DNA of 50,872 bases from Acidimicrobiia bacterium (GTDB taxonomy: Bacteria; Actinomycetota; Acidimicrobiia; IMCC26256; PALSA-610): assembly GCA_036277635.1 (NCBI GenBank), contig DASUMP010000043.1, positions 1 through 50,872 of the forward strand. The letters run 5' to 3'. Positions 29,180 to 38,337 of the stretch are shown here, in pieces. The first letter of the stretch is position 1; each line of letters begins with the position of its first letter. The notes under the pieces were generated by a model. That model was given only the letters and a program-made list of their open reading frames with translations, did not search any database and had not been told where the DNA came from. The position numbers and the translations under genes were made by a program.

Positions 29180-30403
29180 TCATCCTACGCCGCCCGCCGG
29201 CGGCGCCTCCGCGCGGCCGTCTCGAGCTGCGCCGGCGACGCAGGCCGCGGCCCGGCTCGCGATGCCGGAGGTCCGGCGCCACTCGCGGAGGCGGTGCTGG
29301 TCGTGGTCGCCGGTCAGGTAGGCGAACGACAGGCCCGTGGCCGGGTCGGCGAAGGCGATCTGGCCACCGGCACCGTCGTGGCCGAACGCGGCCGGCGAGA
29401 CGGTGTGCCCGAAGCCCCGGCGCGAGGCGCGGCCGTCGGCGCCCGCGACGATCAGTGCGCGGGTGCGGTTCGCCGGCGTCCCGACGTAATCCGGGAGCGA
29501 GGTACGCACCCGGCTCGTGATGTCGGCGAGCACGTCGGCGCCGAACACACCGTCCGGATCGTGCAGCAGCGCTTGGTAGAAGCGCGCCAGATCGGCCGCG
29601 TCCGACGCGGCGCCCGCACCGGGCACGCCCAACGCGCGCGTCTGCGGGTCGTTGAACGCGACGATCGATTCGGCGGTGACCTCCGTCGGCGGCATCGACG
29701 GAACTCCGAGCACGCGAGCGAGCTCGTCGCGGTCCATCGGCGCTCCGACCGGCACGACCGGTTCGATGTCGGCCTGCTGCTCGAGCGGGACGCCGAGCTG
29801 GAGCCGGGTCAGCCCGAGCGGTTCGAGCACGCGCGCCCGGACCGCGTCGCGGAAGTCGGCACCGTCGATGCGCTCGAGCAGCTCGGCGAGCACCCAGTGC
29901 GCCGACGACGCGTGGTACAGGTAGCCGGTGCCGGGCTCGGAGGTCAGCCGCCAGCGCGCGAACGCGTCGAGACGAGCGGACCGGTCGAACCACTGGGGCG
30001 GGCCGAGCGGCGCCATCGGGAACCCCGACGTGTGGAGCATCACCTGCTCGACGGTCACGACGTCCTTGCCGTTCGTCGCGAACTCGGGGATGTACTCCAC
30101 GACGCGTGCGTCGGGATCCAGCGCACCCTCGCCGATGAGCTGACACAACGCGCTCGCGACGACGGGCTTGGTCGCCGAGAAGATCATGAAGCGCGCGTCG
30201 GCCGGTGCCGCACCGAGCGTGACCTGCAGGAGCACCTCGCCGTGGCGAGCGAGCGCGAGCTGGCACGACGTGAGGGGCCCCTCGTCGATGTCGCGCTGCG
30301 CGCGCTCGACGAGCGCGGCGACCTTCGCGACGTCGAGGCCGGCGGCGACGGGATCTTCGAGGAAGGTGAGATCGGCGAGATCCCGTGACGGCGTGTCCGA
30401 CAT
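29180..30403 (-). CDS. Serine hydrolase, beta-lactamase / PBP4-type esterase family
   Basis: 407 aa from MSDTPSRDL.... Contains the SxxK motif (FMIFSATKPVVA) and YHASSAHW. Confidence 0.8.
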   Translation of the reverse strand: MSDTPSRDLADLTFLEDPVAAGLDVAKVAALVERAQRDIDEGPLTSCQLALARHGEVLLQVTLGAAPADARFMIFSATKPVVASALCQLIGEGALDPDARVVEYIPEFATNGKDVVTVEQVMLHTSGFPMAPLGPPQWFDRSARLDAFARWRLTSEPGTGYLYHASSAHWVLAELLERIDGADFRDAVRARVLEPLGLTRLQLGVPLEQQADIEPVVPVGAPMDRDELARVLGVPSMPPTEVTAESIVAFNDPQTRALGVPGAGAASDAADLARFYQALLHDPDGVFGADVLADITSRVRTSLPDYVGTPANRTRALIVAGADGRASRRGFGHTVSPAAFGHDGAGGQIAFADPATGLSFAYLTGDHDQHRLREWRRTSGIASRAAACVAGAARDGRAEAPPAGGVG

Positions 30404-30459
30404 TGGACCCGGAGCGTACGACGGGCCGCCCGGCGCGGCCGCGGCGCGAGACTGCTCCC

Positions 30460-31818
30460 GTGGCGGAGTCTCCCGGCGTCTGGGCACCGGAGCGCCGCGC
30501 ACTGACCACGGGCCTCGTGCTCACGATCACGCTCGTGGCGTTCGAGGCCCTCGCGGTCTCCACGGTGATGCCCGAGGTGCAAGCCGACCTGCGCGGACTC
30601 GCCTGGTACGGCTGGGTCTTCTCGGGCTTCTTCCTCGGGCAGCTGCTCGGGATCGTGATGGCCGGTCACCAAGCCGATCGTCGCGGCCCGGCGGCGCCGT
30701 TCGCACTCGGGCTCGCGATGTTCGTGGTCGGGCTCCTCATCGGCGGCTTCGCCGTCTCGATGCCGATGCTGGTGCTGGGTCGCGTCGTGCAGGGGCTCGG
30801 CGCGGGCGCGATCCCCGCGACGGCGTACGTCGCCGTCGGACGCGCGTACGCGCCCGAGCTCCAACCCCGGGTGTTCGCGGTGTTCTCGACCGCGTGGGTC
30901 GTCCCGGGGCTCATCGGACCGGCGCTCAGCGGTGCGGTCGCCGAGGCGTTCTCGTGGCGCTGGGTGTTCCTCGGCCTGCTCCCGCTCGTCGCGGTCGCGG
31001 GCGTGATGGCGCTGCCGGGGCTCCGCGCGCTCGCGCCCGCCGAGCGGAGCAGCGAGGCGCCGAGGTACGGCACCGCGCTCGCCGTGACCGCGGGTGCCGG
31101 GCTCGTGTTGGGGGGCATCGGGAGCGGCAACGTGGCGCTCGCGGTCGCCCTTGCGGTCCCCGGCGGCGTGCTCGCGACCCGGGCGTTCATGCGTCTGGTG
31201 CCGGTCGGCACGCTGCGCGCCGCGCCGGGGCTGCCCGCCGCGGTCGCCGTGCGCGGGATCCTCACGTTCGCGTTCTTCGGCGCCGACGCGTACGTGTCCC
31301 TCGCGTTCGTCGACGTCCGCGGCACACGGCCGTGGGTCGCCGGACTCGCGCTCACCGCCGCGACGCTCGCGTGGACTTCGGGCGCGTGGGTGCAGGAGCG
31401 ACGCGTTCGCGTCGCCGGGCCACGACGCCTGGTGCGCGAGGGCTTCGCGTTGCTCGTGGTCGGGATCGCGGGCCTCGGCTCGGTGCTGTTCGAGAGCGTG
31501 CCGATCCCCGTCGCGATCGCGGTGTGGGGAATCGGCGGACTCGCGATGGGACTCGCCTACGCGCCGCTGTCACTCACCGTGCTCGCGTCCGCCGCACGCG
31601 GTGAGGAGGGCGCAGCCGCCGCGTCACTCCAGCTCTCCGACGTGCTCGGCGTGGCGCTCGGCACCGGAGCCACTGGCGCCGCGGTCGCGGTCGCCGACGC
31701 CCTCGATCGGGATCCTCGCGCCGCGCTCCTGGTGGCGTTCCCGGTCATGGCCGCCGTCGCCGTGTTCGGCGCGCTCGTCGCTCGTCGGCTCCCCGAACAT
31801 CTCCCCGACGCGCGCTGA
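30460..31818 (+). CDS. MFS transporter
   Basis: 12-14 TM pattern. VMAGHQADRRGPAAPF is the MFS loop 2-3 motif. Start set to GTG 30460, because the track start 30385 would overlap the divergent beta-lactamase start. Confidence 0.8.
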   Translation: MAESPGVWAPERRALTTGLVLTITLVAFEALAVSTVMPEVQADLRGLAWYGWVFSGFFLGQLLGIVMAGHQADRRGPAAPFALGLAMFVVGLLIGGFAVSMPMLVLGRVVQGLGAGAIPATAYVAVGRAYAPELQPRVFAVFSTAWVVPGLIGPALSGAVAEAFSWRWVFLGLLPLVAVAGVMALPGLRALAPAERSSEAPRYGTALAVTAGAGLVLGGIGSGNVALAVALAVPGGVLATRAFMRLVPVGTLRAAPGLPAAVAVRGILTFAFFGADAYVSLAFVDVRGTRPWVAGLALTAATLAWTSGAWVQERRVRVAGPRRLVREGFALLVVGIAGLGSVLFESVPIPVAIAVWGIGGLAMGLAYAPLSLTVLASAARGEEGAAAASLQLSDVLGVALGTGATGAAVAVADALDRDPRAALLVAFPVMAAVAVFGALVARRLPEHLPDAR

Positions 31819-31880
31819 GCGACTCGGCGGTCATCTGGGCCGGACGGCCCAACGCAGCCCGCGAGCATCCGAGCGCGTCG

Positions 31881-32234
31881 GTGCGCGTGGGACAATCGCT
31901 GGCGATGCCGCGATCGTCCACCAAGGCCGCGCGCCCCGACGCGAAGGAACAACCTCCGACCCGGCTGCTCGCCGTCGCCGCAGCGTCGGTCGTCATCGGC
32001 GCGGTCCTCGTCGTCCTCGGCGAGTTCGCGTTGCACGTCGTGGGTTACGTCCTCGCGTCGTTCCAGACCATCGGGCTCGTCGCGGCGTACACACGCATCG
32101 ACAACAGCCGGCGCAGCTCCGCGCACTACGTCCCGCTCGCGCACGCCGGACGCATCGTCTCCGCGATCACGATCGCCGGGATCATGGTCGCCGGCGTCCA
32201 CGTATGGATGATCGCCACGGAGCTGGCCGGGTGA
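31881..32234 (+). CDS. Small 3-TM membrane protein, translationally coupled to the vWA gene
   Basis: 117 aa (109 aa if ATG 31905 is used). Hydrophobic segments LLAVAAASVVIGAVLVVLG, VVGYVLASFQTIGLVAAY, IVSAITIAGIMVAGVHVWMIA. Its stop TGA overlaps the next ATG (TGATG at 32232-32236). Confidence 0.55.
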   Translation: MRVGQSLAMPRSSTKAARPDAKEQPPTRLLAVAAASVVIGAVLVVLGEFALHVVGYVLASFQTIGLVAAYTRIDNSRRSSAHYVPLAHAGRIVSAITIAGIMVAGVHVWMIATELAG

Positions 32235-34918
32235 TGCACCGCACGACGATCCGCACGCGCGCGATCGGCGTCGTCGCGCTGCTGTGCGCCGCCCTCGCGC
32301 TGTTCACCTCGGTGCCCGGTCGTCCGGCGGCCGCGCAGACCGACGCCGGCGCCGAGGCGACGCTCACGGAGATCGCCAGCTGCCTGAAGGACACGAACCG
32401 CCTGCTCGTGATGCTGCTCGTCGACGAGTCGGGCAGCCTGCGCACCACGGATCCCGCCAACGAACGCGTGACGGCCGCGAGGCTCGCGTTGCAGGCGTTC
32501 ACCGCGCTCACCCAGGATCCCCCGGCGGGCGGCAACGCGCCGAGCGTCGAGGTGCTCGTCGCCGGCTTCTCGAGCTCGTTCAACGAGCTGGTGCCGTGGA
32601 CGCCGCTCAACGCGCGTTCTGTGCGCCAAGTCGAGCTCGCGGTCGACGGCTTCGCCACGCGCAACTCGGGGATCGACACCGACTTCCCCACCGCGCTCAT
32701 CGGCGCCCAGCGCCGGATGGCCGAACGCACGCAGGAGATCACCGACGGCGGCGTCGCCGCGCCGTGCAAAGCGATCCTCTTGTTCACCGACGGTCGCTAC
32801 GACATCCAGACCGGCAACACCCCGGCCCGCCGGGCGGCGCCCGACAGCAAGGAGTACGCACCGAACCTCTCGGTGCTCGACCCCCGCAACGACCAAGCCA
32901 TCGAAGAAGCCGGGCGGACGTTCCTCTGCCAAGAGGACGGACTCGCCGACCGGCTGCGCGCCGACCGCGCCACGCTCGTCACGCTCGCACTCTCGGCCCA
33001 GCTCACCGTCGCCGATCAAGCGTTCCTGCGCGCGCTCGCCACCGGCGAGTACGAAGGGATCACGTGCGGGAGTCGGCGCGGCGCGCGCTTCGGCGCCTAC
33101 CTCGCGAGCGCCACGCTCGAACAGCTCGCCCCGCTGTTCAACCAGGTCGTGAGCACGATCGGAGGTGGCTCGCGCCTCCCCGGCCAGACCCGGCCCGGCG
33201 AATGCGCGACGTCGCCGTGCATCCGCGGTACCCGTTCGTTCACGCTCGACGAGGTGATGAACCGCTTCACCGCCACGCTGCGCACGGGTGCCGACGCCAT
33301 CCGCGCCGAGCTGACCGCGCCGAGCGAGGCGTCGGCGCTGATCCTCGAACCGGGGGTCGACGGCGAAGAGGAGTACGGCGGCACGACGATCGCGTGGACC
33401 TGGGTCGGCGAGGACACCGTGACCGTTCGATCGTCGCTCCCCGCCGACGACTTGGAGTGGGTCGGCGACTGGAAGATCGAGTTCGTCGACGTCACCGGTC
33501 TCGCCGATGACGCGCGCCCCGATGCCTTCATCGACGTGTTCGGGGCGTGGACGCCGCAGCTCGCGAACCGTGTCCGCTTCGTGCGGGGCGAGGACACGCG
33601 GCTCGCCGTGGAAGTGGTCGACACGGCCGGCGAGCGCGTGTCGCGCCGCCGGCTCGACGACGCCGGGTACCGCATCGCCGGGAGCGTCGTCGACCGCGGG
33701 ACGGGGACCACCACGGCGCTCGACCTGAGCGACACCGACGAGTCGGGGCTCATCACGACCCGCTTCGCGACGCCGGCCGACCTCGCGAGCGAGCAGCTCG
33801 ACGTGCGCCTGCGGCTCACGATCGGTACGAGCGACCCCGACGTCCGGCTCGCCGCGACCGAGCGCTACACGCTCGACGTCGAGCCCCCCGACATCTACCC
33901 GAGCCTCGTGACGGTCGAGCTCGAGCTGTCGTCGGTACGCGGACTCGAGGCGGCCGAAGGCGTGATCGAGATCGTGGGCGGCCGCGACCGAGCCGGATGC
34001 GTGTGGATCGGCGTACCCGTGTTCGACAGCTTCCCGGCGAGCGCCGAAGGATTCGCCACCACGATCGCGCCGAACTCGACCGAGGCGCGCTGCGTCGAGG
34101 TGACGTCGCGCGCCACCGTGGAGTTCGAGGTGCGCGTCGAGCCGCGCGCGATCGGCGAGGGGACCGCCGCGGGGACGATCCCGGTGTTCCTCAGCGCCGT
34201 CGACGAGGGCGACGCGCCGGAGGTGCTCGAGGTGTCGTTGCCCATCACCTTCGACATGTCGCCGCCGATCAACGAGGCGCGCCGACTCGGGCTCTTCGCC
34301 GTGATCCTGTTGGCGGGGATCCTCGGCCCGATCGTCGCCGTCGCGCTGCTGAACGTGGCGCTCGCTCGGTTCGAGCCCGCAGCCGACGCGCTCGTCGCCC
34401 GCGTGCCCGTGCAGGTCGAACGGAGCTTCTCGCGGATCATGCGGGTCTTCGCCCAGGCCTCGGACCACCCGGCCGGTCGCGCGATCCGACGCCTCGGACC
34501 CGGCGGCGAGACCGACGAGCTCACGCTCTCACTCGCCGAGTTCGAACGTCTACGCACGGGAGCAGAACGCTCGCGCACGGTCGAGTGGGACGACCTCCTG
34601 TTCCAAGCCGAAGCGCCGCGCAATCCGTTCGGCACCCCGTTCGGCACGGTGCTCTCGCGCTCACCGATCGTCGCCGGCAACGTCGCGACGCCGATCAACC
34701 GCGACGCGCGGATCCCACTCGCGCTGCCGGGCACGTGGGTGTTCGTGCTGCGCGACCTCGGGGCCGGCGACGCCGAGAGCTGGATCGCCGGTGATCTGGT
34801 GATCGTCCTCGCCGAGAGCGACGCCGAGGCTCAGCTCCCCCGCGTCCTCGCCGCGGTCGACGCCCAGCTCCCGACGCTGGCGAACGACCTGGCCGACGAG
34901 GTCCGCGACGGTCAGTGA
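32234..34918 (+). CDS. Secreted/single-pass membrane von Willebrand factor A (vWA) domain protein, 894 aa
   Basis: Signal peptide MHRTTIRTRAIGVVALLCAALALFTSVPGRPAAAQ. MIDAS motif LLVDESGSL (D-x-S-x-S at 32423-32437). ILLFTDGRYD. TM helix LGLFAVILLAGILGPIVAVALLNVAL near 34290-34365, followed by a ~180-aa cytoplasmic tail. Upstream part of track ORF 31094..34918 rejected. Confidence 0.8.
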   Translation: MHRTTIRTRAIGVVALLCAALALFTSVPGRPAAAQTDAGAEATLTEIASCLKDTNRLLVMLLVDESGSLRTTDPANERVTAARLALQAFTALTQDPPAGGNAPSVEVLVAGFSSSFNELVPWTPLNARSVRQVELAVDGFATRNSGIDTDFPTALIGAQRRMAERTQEITDGGVAAPCKAILLFTDGRYDIQTGNTPARRAAPDSKEYAPNLSVLDPRNDQAIEEAGRTFLCQEDGLADRLRADRATLVTLALSAQLTVADQAFLRALATGEYEGITCGSRRGARFGAYLASATLEQLAPLFNQVVSTIGGGSRLPGQTRPGECATSPCIRGTRSFTLDEVMNRFTATLRTGADAIRAELTAPSEASALILEPGVDGEEEYGGTTIAWTWVGEDTVTVRSSLPADDLEWVGDWKIEFVDVTGLADDARPDAFIDVFGAWTPQLANRVRFVRGEDTRLAVEVVDTAGERVSRRRLDDAGYRIAGSVVDRGTGTTTALDLSDTDESGLITTRFATPADLASEQLDVRLRLTIGTSDPDVRLAATERYTLDVEPPDIYPSLVTVELELSSVRGLEAAEGVIEIVGGRDRAGCVWIGVPVFDSFPASAEGFATTIAPNSTEARCVEVTSRATVEFEVRVEPRAIGEGTAAGTIPVFLSAVDEGDAPEVLEVSLPITFDMSPPINEARRLGLFAVILLAGILGPIVAVALLNVALARFEPAADALVARVPVQVERSFSRIMRVFAQASDHPAGRAIRRLGPGGETDELTLSLAEFERLRTGAERSRTVEWDDLLFQAEAPRNPFGTPFGTVLSRSPIVAGNVATPINRDARIPLALPGTWVFVLRDLGAGDAESWIAGDLVIVLAESDAEAQLPRVLAAVDAQLPTLANDLADEVRDGQ

Positions 34919-35772
34919 CCGGCGTGTCCGGTTGCGCCTTCCCAGCACGTGTGGTCGTTCGCTGCCGGACCGCTCGACAACAAGCACGGGTGGTGGTTCA
35001 CGAACACGTCGGGGTGGTGCTCCCAACCCGGCACGATCCACGCGTGGAGCATCCAGAAGTTCTCGAGGTGGACGTTGACGCCGTTCACGGACGCGCACTG
35101 CGAGTCGGTGATGTCCTGCGCGAGCACCTGACCCGACGTCTTGGAGAAGCACAGCGTCGGGTGGATGTGCCACCAGTCGTTGTCACCCCGGAACCCCGCG
35201 GGCGGTAGCCCGTTGTCGGTCTTCACGAGCCACGCCATCCCGACGAGCTTCGATGTCGACGAGTTCCCGTCGAACATCAAGAACTCGGGATACGTCGGCG
35301 CGAACTCGGTGTCGATGGTGGTCCCGGGGAACACCGGGTCGTGCGGGTCGAACGAGGAGCTGTTGAGCAGGACCGAGAACGGACCTCCCTTGGTGTGATG
35401 CGTGCCCATTCCCTCGACGTACTGCACGATGCGTGTGAATCCGGCCGAGGTGGCCGCGCCCGCAGTCGCGTACTGCTGCGCGTACTTCACCGCCGCGTCG
35501 AACTGCAGTGAGACGGCCTTGCAGTCGTCCCACGAGAGCATCCCCTTGACGACGCCCGCGTAGGCCTCGGTCCCGTGCTCGCCGTGACCGCCGCCCGAAC
35601 CGCCATCGCCGGTGGAGTCGCACCACCACGGCCGGGTCGTCGGCGACACCGTCTGGTGCTCGAACGCGCCCGGGTAGTAGATGCACCCGGACGTCAACAA
35701 CGCGAGCGCCAGCACGACGGCGGACAGTCCGGCTCGTCGCGGCGTACGACGGGCAATCAGACCAGCGAGCAT
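34912..35772 (-). CDS. Lipoprotein with the conserved His/Trp/Cys-rich domain (paralog of 27960..29108)
   Basis: 286 aa from ATG 35772 (GGAGGAG upstream). Lipobox LALLTSGC. Motifs GGGHGEHG, MGTHHT, GDNDWWHIH, FWMLHAWIVPGWEH, C-terminal GATGHAGH. Overlaps the vWA gene end by 7 nt (convergent). Confidence 0.75.
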   Translation of the reverse strand: MLAGLIARRTPRRAGLSAVVLALALLTSGCIYYPGAFEHQTVSPTTRPWWCDSTGDGGSGGGHGEHGTEAYAGVVKGMLSWDDCKAVSLQFDAAVKYAQQYATAGAATSAGFTRIVQYVEGMGTHHTKGGPFSVLLNSSSFDPHDPVFPGTTIDTEFAPTYPEFLMFDGNSSTSKLVGMAWLVKTDNGLPPAGFRGDNDWWHIHPTLCFSKTSGQVLAQDITDSQCASVNGVNVHLENFWMLHAWIVPGWEHHPDVFVNHHPCLLSSGPAANDHTCWEGATGHAGH

Positions 35773-35840
35773 CGACAACTCCTCCGAGGACGGTCCCAGA
35801 CCGTATTCCGGTTCGGGACCCGACGCACGCAGGCGCCGTC

Positions 35841-36836
35841 TCACCCGCCTCCAGCGGCGTTTCGAACCCACTGGTCAACTTCGATCCACGCGCGGTCGAA
35901 CCACGGCACGAACGCTTCGCCCTCGGGCACCTCGGCACGCGCGACGCGCGTCACACGCACCCGCACCGGCAAGCGCAGCGGCAGCCGACCCGGGACGGCG
36001 AGCAGCGGATCGAGCGCTTCGAACCCGTGGTGCGCGACGAACGCGAGATCGGCGTGGGGCGCAGCGGCGAGCAAGGTCCGGATGCCGCTCGGTCGGACGG
36101 GCAGCACGTGCGAGAGCGGGGTCACGTCGGCGAGGCGCTGCGGCTCGCGGGCACGGATGCGCTCGATCGCGCGCTCGCGGCGGGAGGCGCTCGCGGTCGT
36201 CCCTTCGGGGAAGATCACGGCGGCGTCTCGTGCTCCCATGCCCTGCGCGAGCTCCTCGAGCGCGACCAGCTCGGTGGCGGCGTCGCTCGGGTCACGATCG
36301 ATGAAGTGGTTCGGGACCCGGTTGCCGACGATGTCGAGACACGGGTCGAGGAGCAGCTCGTCCTTGAGCACGAACCGCGGGTGCATCCCGACGCGCCCGA
36401 GCAACCACGCGGGCAGCAGCGCGTCGGCGATGCTCGCGTGCCGCGCGCACACGACGACGGGGCCGGGCGCGAGGTGTTCGCCGCCGTCGACCTCCATCCG
36501 CAATCCGGTCGTCAGCCCGATCGCATCGACGAGTCGAGACGCCCACCACCGCTGCAGCGCGTAATGGGCCTCACGGTCGTCGGTGCGTCCGGCCGCCCAG
36601 AGCGTGGTCGCCGCGGCGACGCCGATCGTCTCGAGCCCGCTCCACGCGAGCGCGAAGGAGATCGTGCGCAGGCGCGCCATGCGGTGCCGATCGGTGACGA
36701 GGTCGAGGGCGGTCGCCGCGGGGGCCCAGATCCCGGCGCTCGCAGCGAGCCACCCCGCGCTCGTGGCGACCAGCGGGACGCTGATCGCCCGCCGGACGTG
36801 TCTCCCCCGCAACCGGGCGGGGAGCGAGCTGGCCAC
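35841..36836 (-). CDS. Lysophospholipid/1-acyl-sn-glycerol-3-phosphate acyltransferase-family protein
   Basis: HxxxxD motif (CARHASIADALL), FPEGT motif (VIFPEGTTAS), N-terminal TM segments. Start placed at GTG 36836. Confidence 0.75.
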   Translation of the reverse strand: MASSLPARLRGRHVRRAISVPLVATSAGWLAASAGIWAPAATALDLVTDRHRMARLRTISFALAWSGLETIGVAAATTLWAAGRTDDREAHYALQRWWASRLVDAIGLTTGLRMEVDGGEHLAPGPVVVCARHASIADALLPAWLLGRVGMHPRFVLKDELLLDPCLDIVGNRVPNHFIDRDPSDAATELVALEELAQGMGARDAAVIFPEGTTASASRRERAIERIRAREPQRLADVTPLSHVLPVRPSGIRTLLAAAPHADLAFVAHHGFEALDPLLAVPGRLPLRLPVRVRVTRVARAEVPEGEAFVPWFDRAWIEVDQWVRNAAGGG

Positions 36837-36925
36837 GCGCCGACGGTACCCGTCAGTCCGGACGGTTGGCCCGCGCCGAACACTGGGAAAGCACCGCGAC
36901 CCACACCTGAACGACGGAGAACGAC

Positions 36926-37372
36926 GTGGCACGCTACGTGACCGTGATGCGCACCCCGCAGTCCCCGCCCGACGCGTTCGGGTACCTCGCCGACGTCGAG
37001 CACTTCGCCGAATGGGATCCCGGCGTCGCTCGCGCGGTGCAGGTCGTGGGCGACGGCCCCGGACCGGGCTCGGCGTACGACCTCGACGTCCGTACGGGGC
37101 CGCGCACGACGACGTTCCGCTACGAGACCGTCGAGTGGGATCCCCCGCGCCGCCTCCTCCTGCGCGCCGAACGCGGCGTCTTCCTCTCGGTCGACGAGAT
37201 CCGCGTCGAGCCCGACGGTGCCGGTGCGCGCGTCACGTACGACGCACGGCTCACGTTGCGCGGACCGGCCGCACTGCTCGATCCGTTGCTGCGTCTCGCG
37301 TTCGGACGCATCGGCGACCGCGCCGCCGCCGGTCTGCGGCGCGCTCTGCACGCCACGCCGGTCGCCACCTGA
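36926..37372 (+). CDS. SRPBCC (polyketide cyclase/dehydrase-like) family protein
   Basis: 148 aa. The pattern DAFGYLADVEHFAEWDPGV...VTYDARLTLRGPAALLDPLL is typical of SRPBCC/CoxG-like proteins. The stop overlaps the next ATG (TGATG). Confidence 0.65.
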   Translation: MARYVTVMRTPQSPPDAFGYLADVEHFAEWDPGVARAVQVVGDGPGPGSAYDLDVRTGPRTTTFRYETVEWDPPRRLLLRAERGVFLSVDEIRVEPDGAGARVTYDARLTLRGPAALLDPLLRLAFGRIGDRAAAGLRRALHATPVAT

Positions 37373-38337
37373 TGCGTGGCCTCTCCGACCTGATCGACCG
37401 CGGCCTCGACGTCACCGTCGCACCCGGCTTCACCCGCATCGGCTACGCAGCCCGCTCGCGCCTCGAACGCTGGACACCGCTCGACCGCTACGACTTGCGT
37501 GGCCGCGTCGCGGTGATCACCGGCGCGACGTCGGGCATCGGACTCGCGGCCGCGCGTCGTCTCGCGACCGCCGGCGCGACCGTCGAGGTGCTCGCGCGCA
37601 ACGCCGACAAGGCCGCTCGCGTCGTCGAGGCGCTCCGCACCGACGCGCCCGGTGGCGTCGACCTGGTCGTCGTGGACACGAGCGACCTCGACGCCGTCCG
37701 CGCCGCCGCCACCGAGCTGCGCGCTCGGCACGACCGGATCGACGTGCTGATCCACAACGCGGGCGCGCTCGACGCCGACTACGAGACGAACCGCGACGGC
37801 ATCGAGCAGACGGTGGCGAGCCAGGTCGTCGGCCCGTTCCTCCTCACCACGCTTCTCCGCGACGCGCTGCACGCGGCAATGCCGTCGCGTGTGCTGTGGG
37901 TCGCGTCGGGTGGCATGTACTCCGAGCGCCTCGACGTCGACCGACTCGAGATGACACCCGCCGACTACGACGGCACGAAGGCGTACGCGCGCGCCAAGCG
38001 CGCGCAGGTCGCACTGGCCGAGGAGATGGCCAAGCGCTTCGCGGCCGACGGCATCGTCGTGCACTCGATGCACCCCGGTTGGGCCGACACGCCCGGCGTC
38101 GAGCGTTCACTCCCCACGTTCCGCAAGATCGTCGGGCCGCTCCTGCGCACCCCGGACGAGGGCGCCGACACCCTGGTGTGGCTGGCCGCCGACGACGGCG
38201 AACCGCTCGCCACGACCGGCCGCTTCTGGCACGACCGGCGTCCCCGTCCGACGCACAAGCTGCGGTCCACGCGAGCGTCCGACACCCCCGCCGAGCGCGC
38301 GCGGCTCTGGGACTGGTGCGTCGCACGTACCGCCTAG
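37372..38337 (+). CDS. Short-chain dehydrogenase/reductase (SDR)
   Basis: VAVITGATSGIGLAAARRL (TGxxxGxG), NAG, and the YxxxK-like YARAKRA. 321 aa. Confidence 0.85.
   Translation: MRGLSDLIDRGLDVTVAPGFTRIGYAARSRLERWTPLDRYDLRGRVAVITGATSGIGLAAARRLATAGATVEVLARNADKAARVVEALRTDAPGGVDLVVVDTSDLDAVRAAATELRARHDRIDVLIHNAGALDADYETNRDGIEQTVASQVVGPFLLTTLLRDALHAAMPSRVLWVASGGMYSERLDVDRLEMTPADYDGTKAYARAKRAQVALAEEMAKRFAADGIVVHSMHPGWADTPGVERSLPTFRKIVGPLLRTPDEGADTLVWLAADDGEPLATTGRFWHDRRPRPTHKLRSTRASDTPAERARLWDWCVARTA

Noticed and set aside
31094-32233. N-terminal 380-aa extension of the vWA ORF (track ORF 31094..34918), and the 30385 start of the MFS ORF.
   Set aside because: The extension overlaps the MFS gene out of frame and is Arg/Ser/Pro-rich. 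A signal peptide begins exactly at ATG 32234, which overlaps the upstream stop. The MFS start at 30385 would overlap the divergent beta-lactamase start, so GTG 30460 was preferred.
38334-38337. Convergent gene-end overlaps: SDR/cyclase sharing the palindromic CTAG, vWA/lipoprotein overlapping by 7 nt at 34912-34918, and abrB-like/rsmI overlapping by 14 nt at 15584-15597.
   Set aside because: Short convergent overlaps are common in compact high-GC genomes and need no special explanation. They are noted only because they leave no room for terminators.
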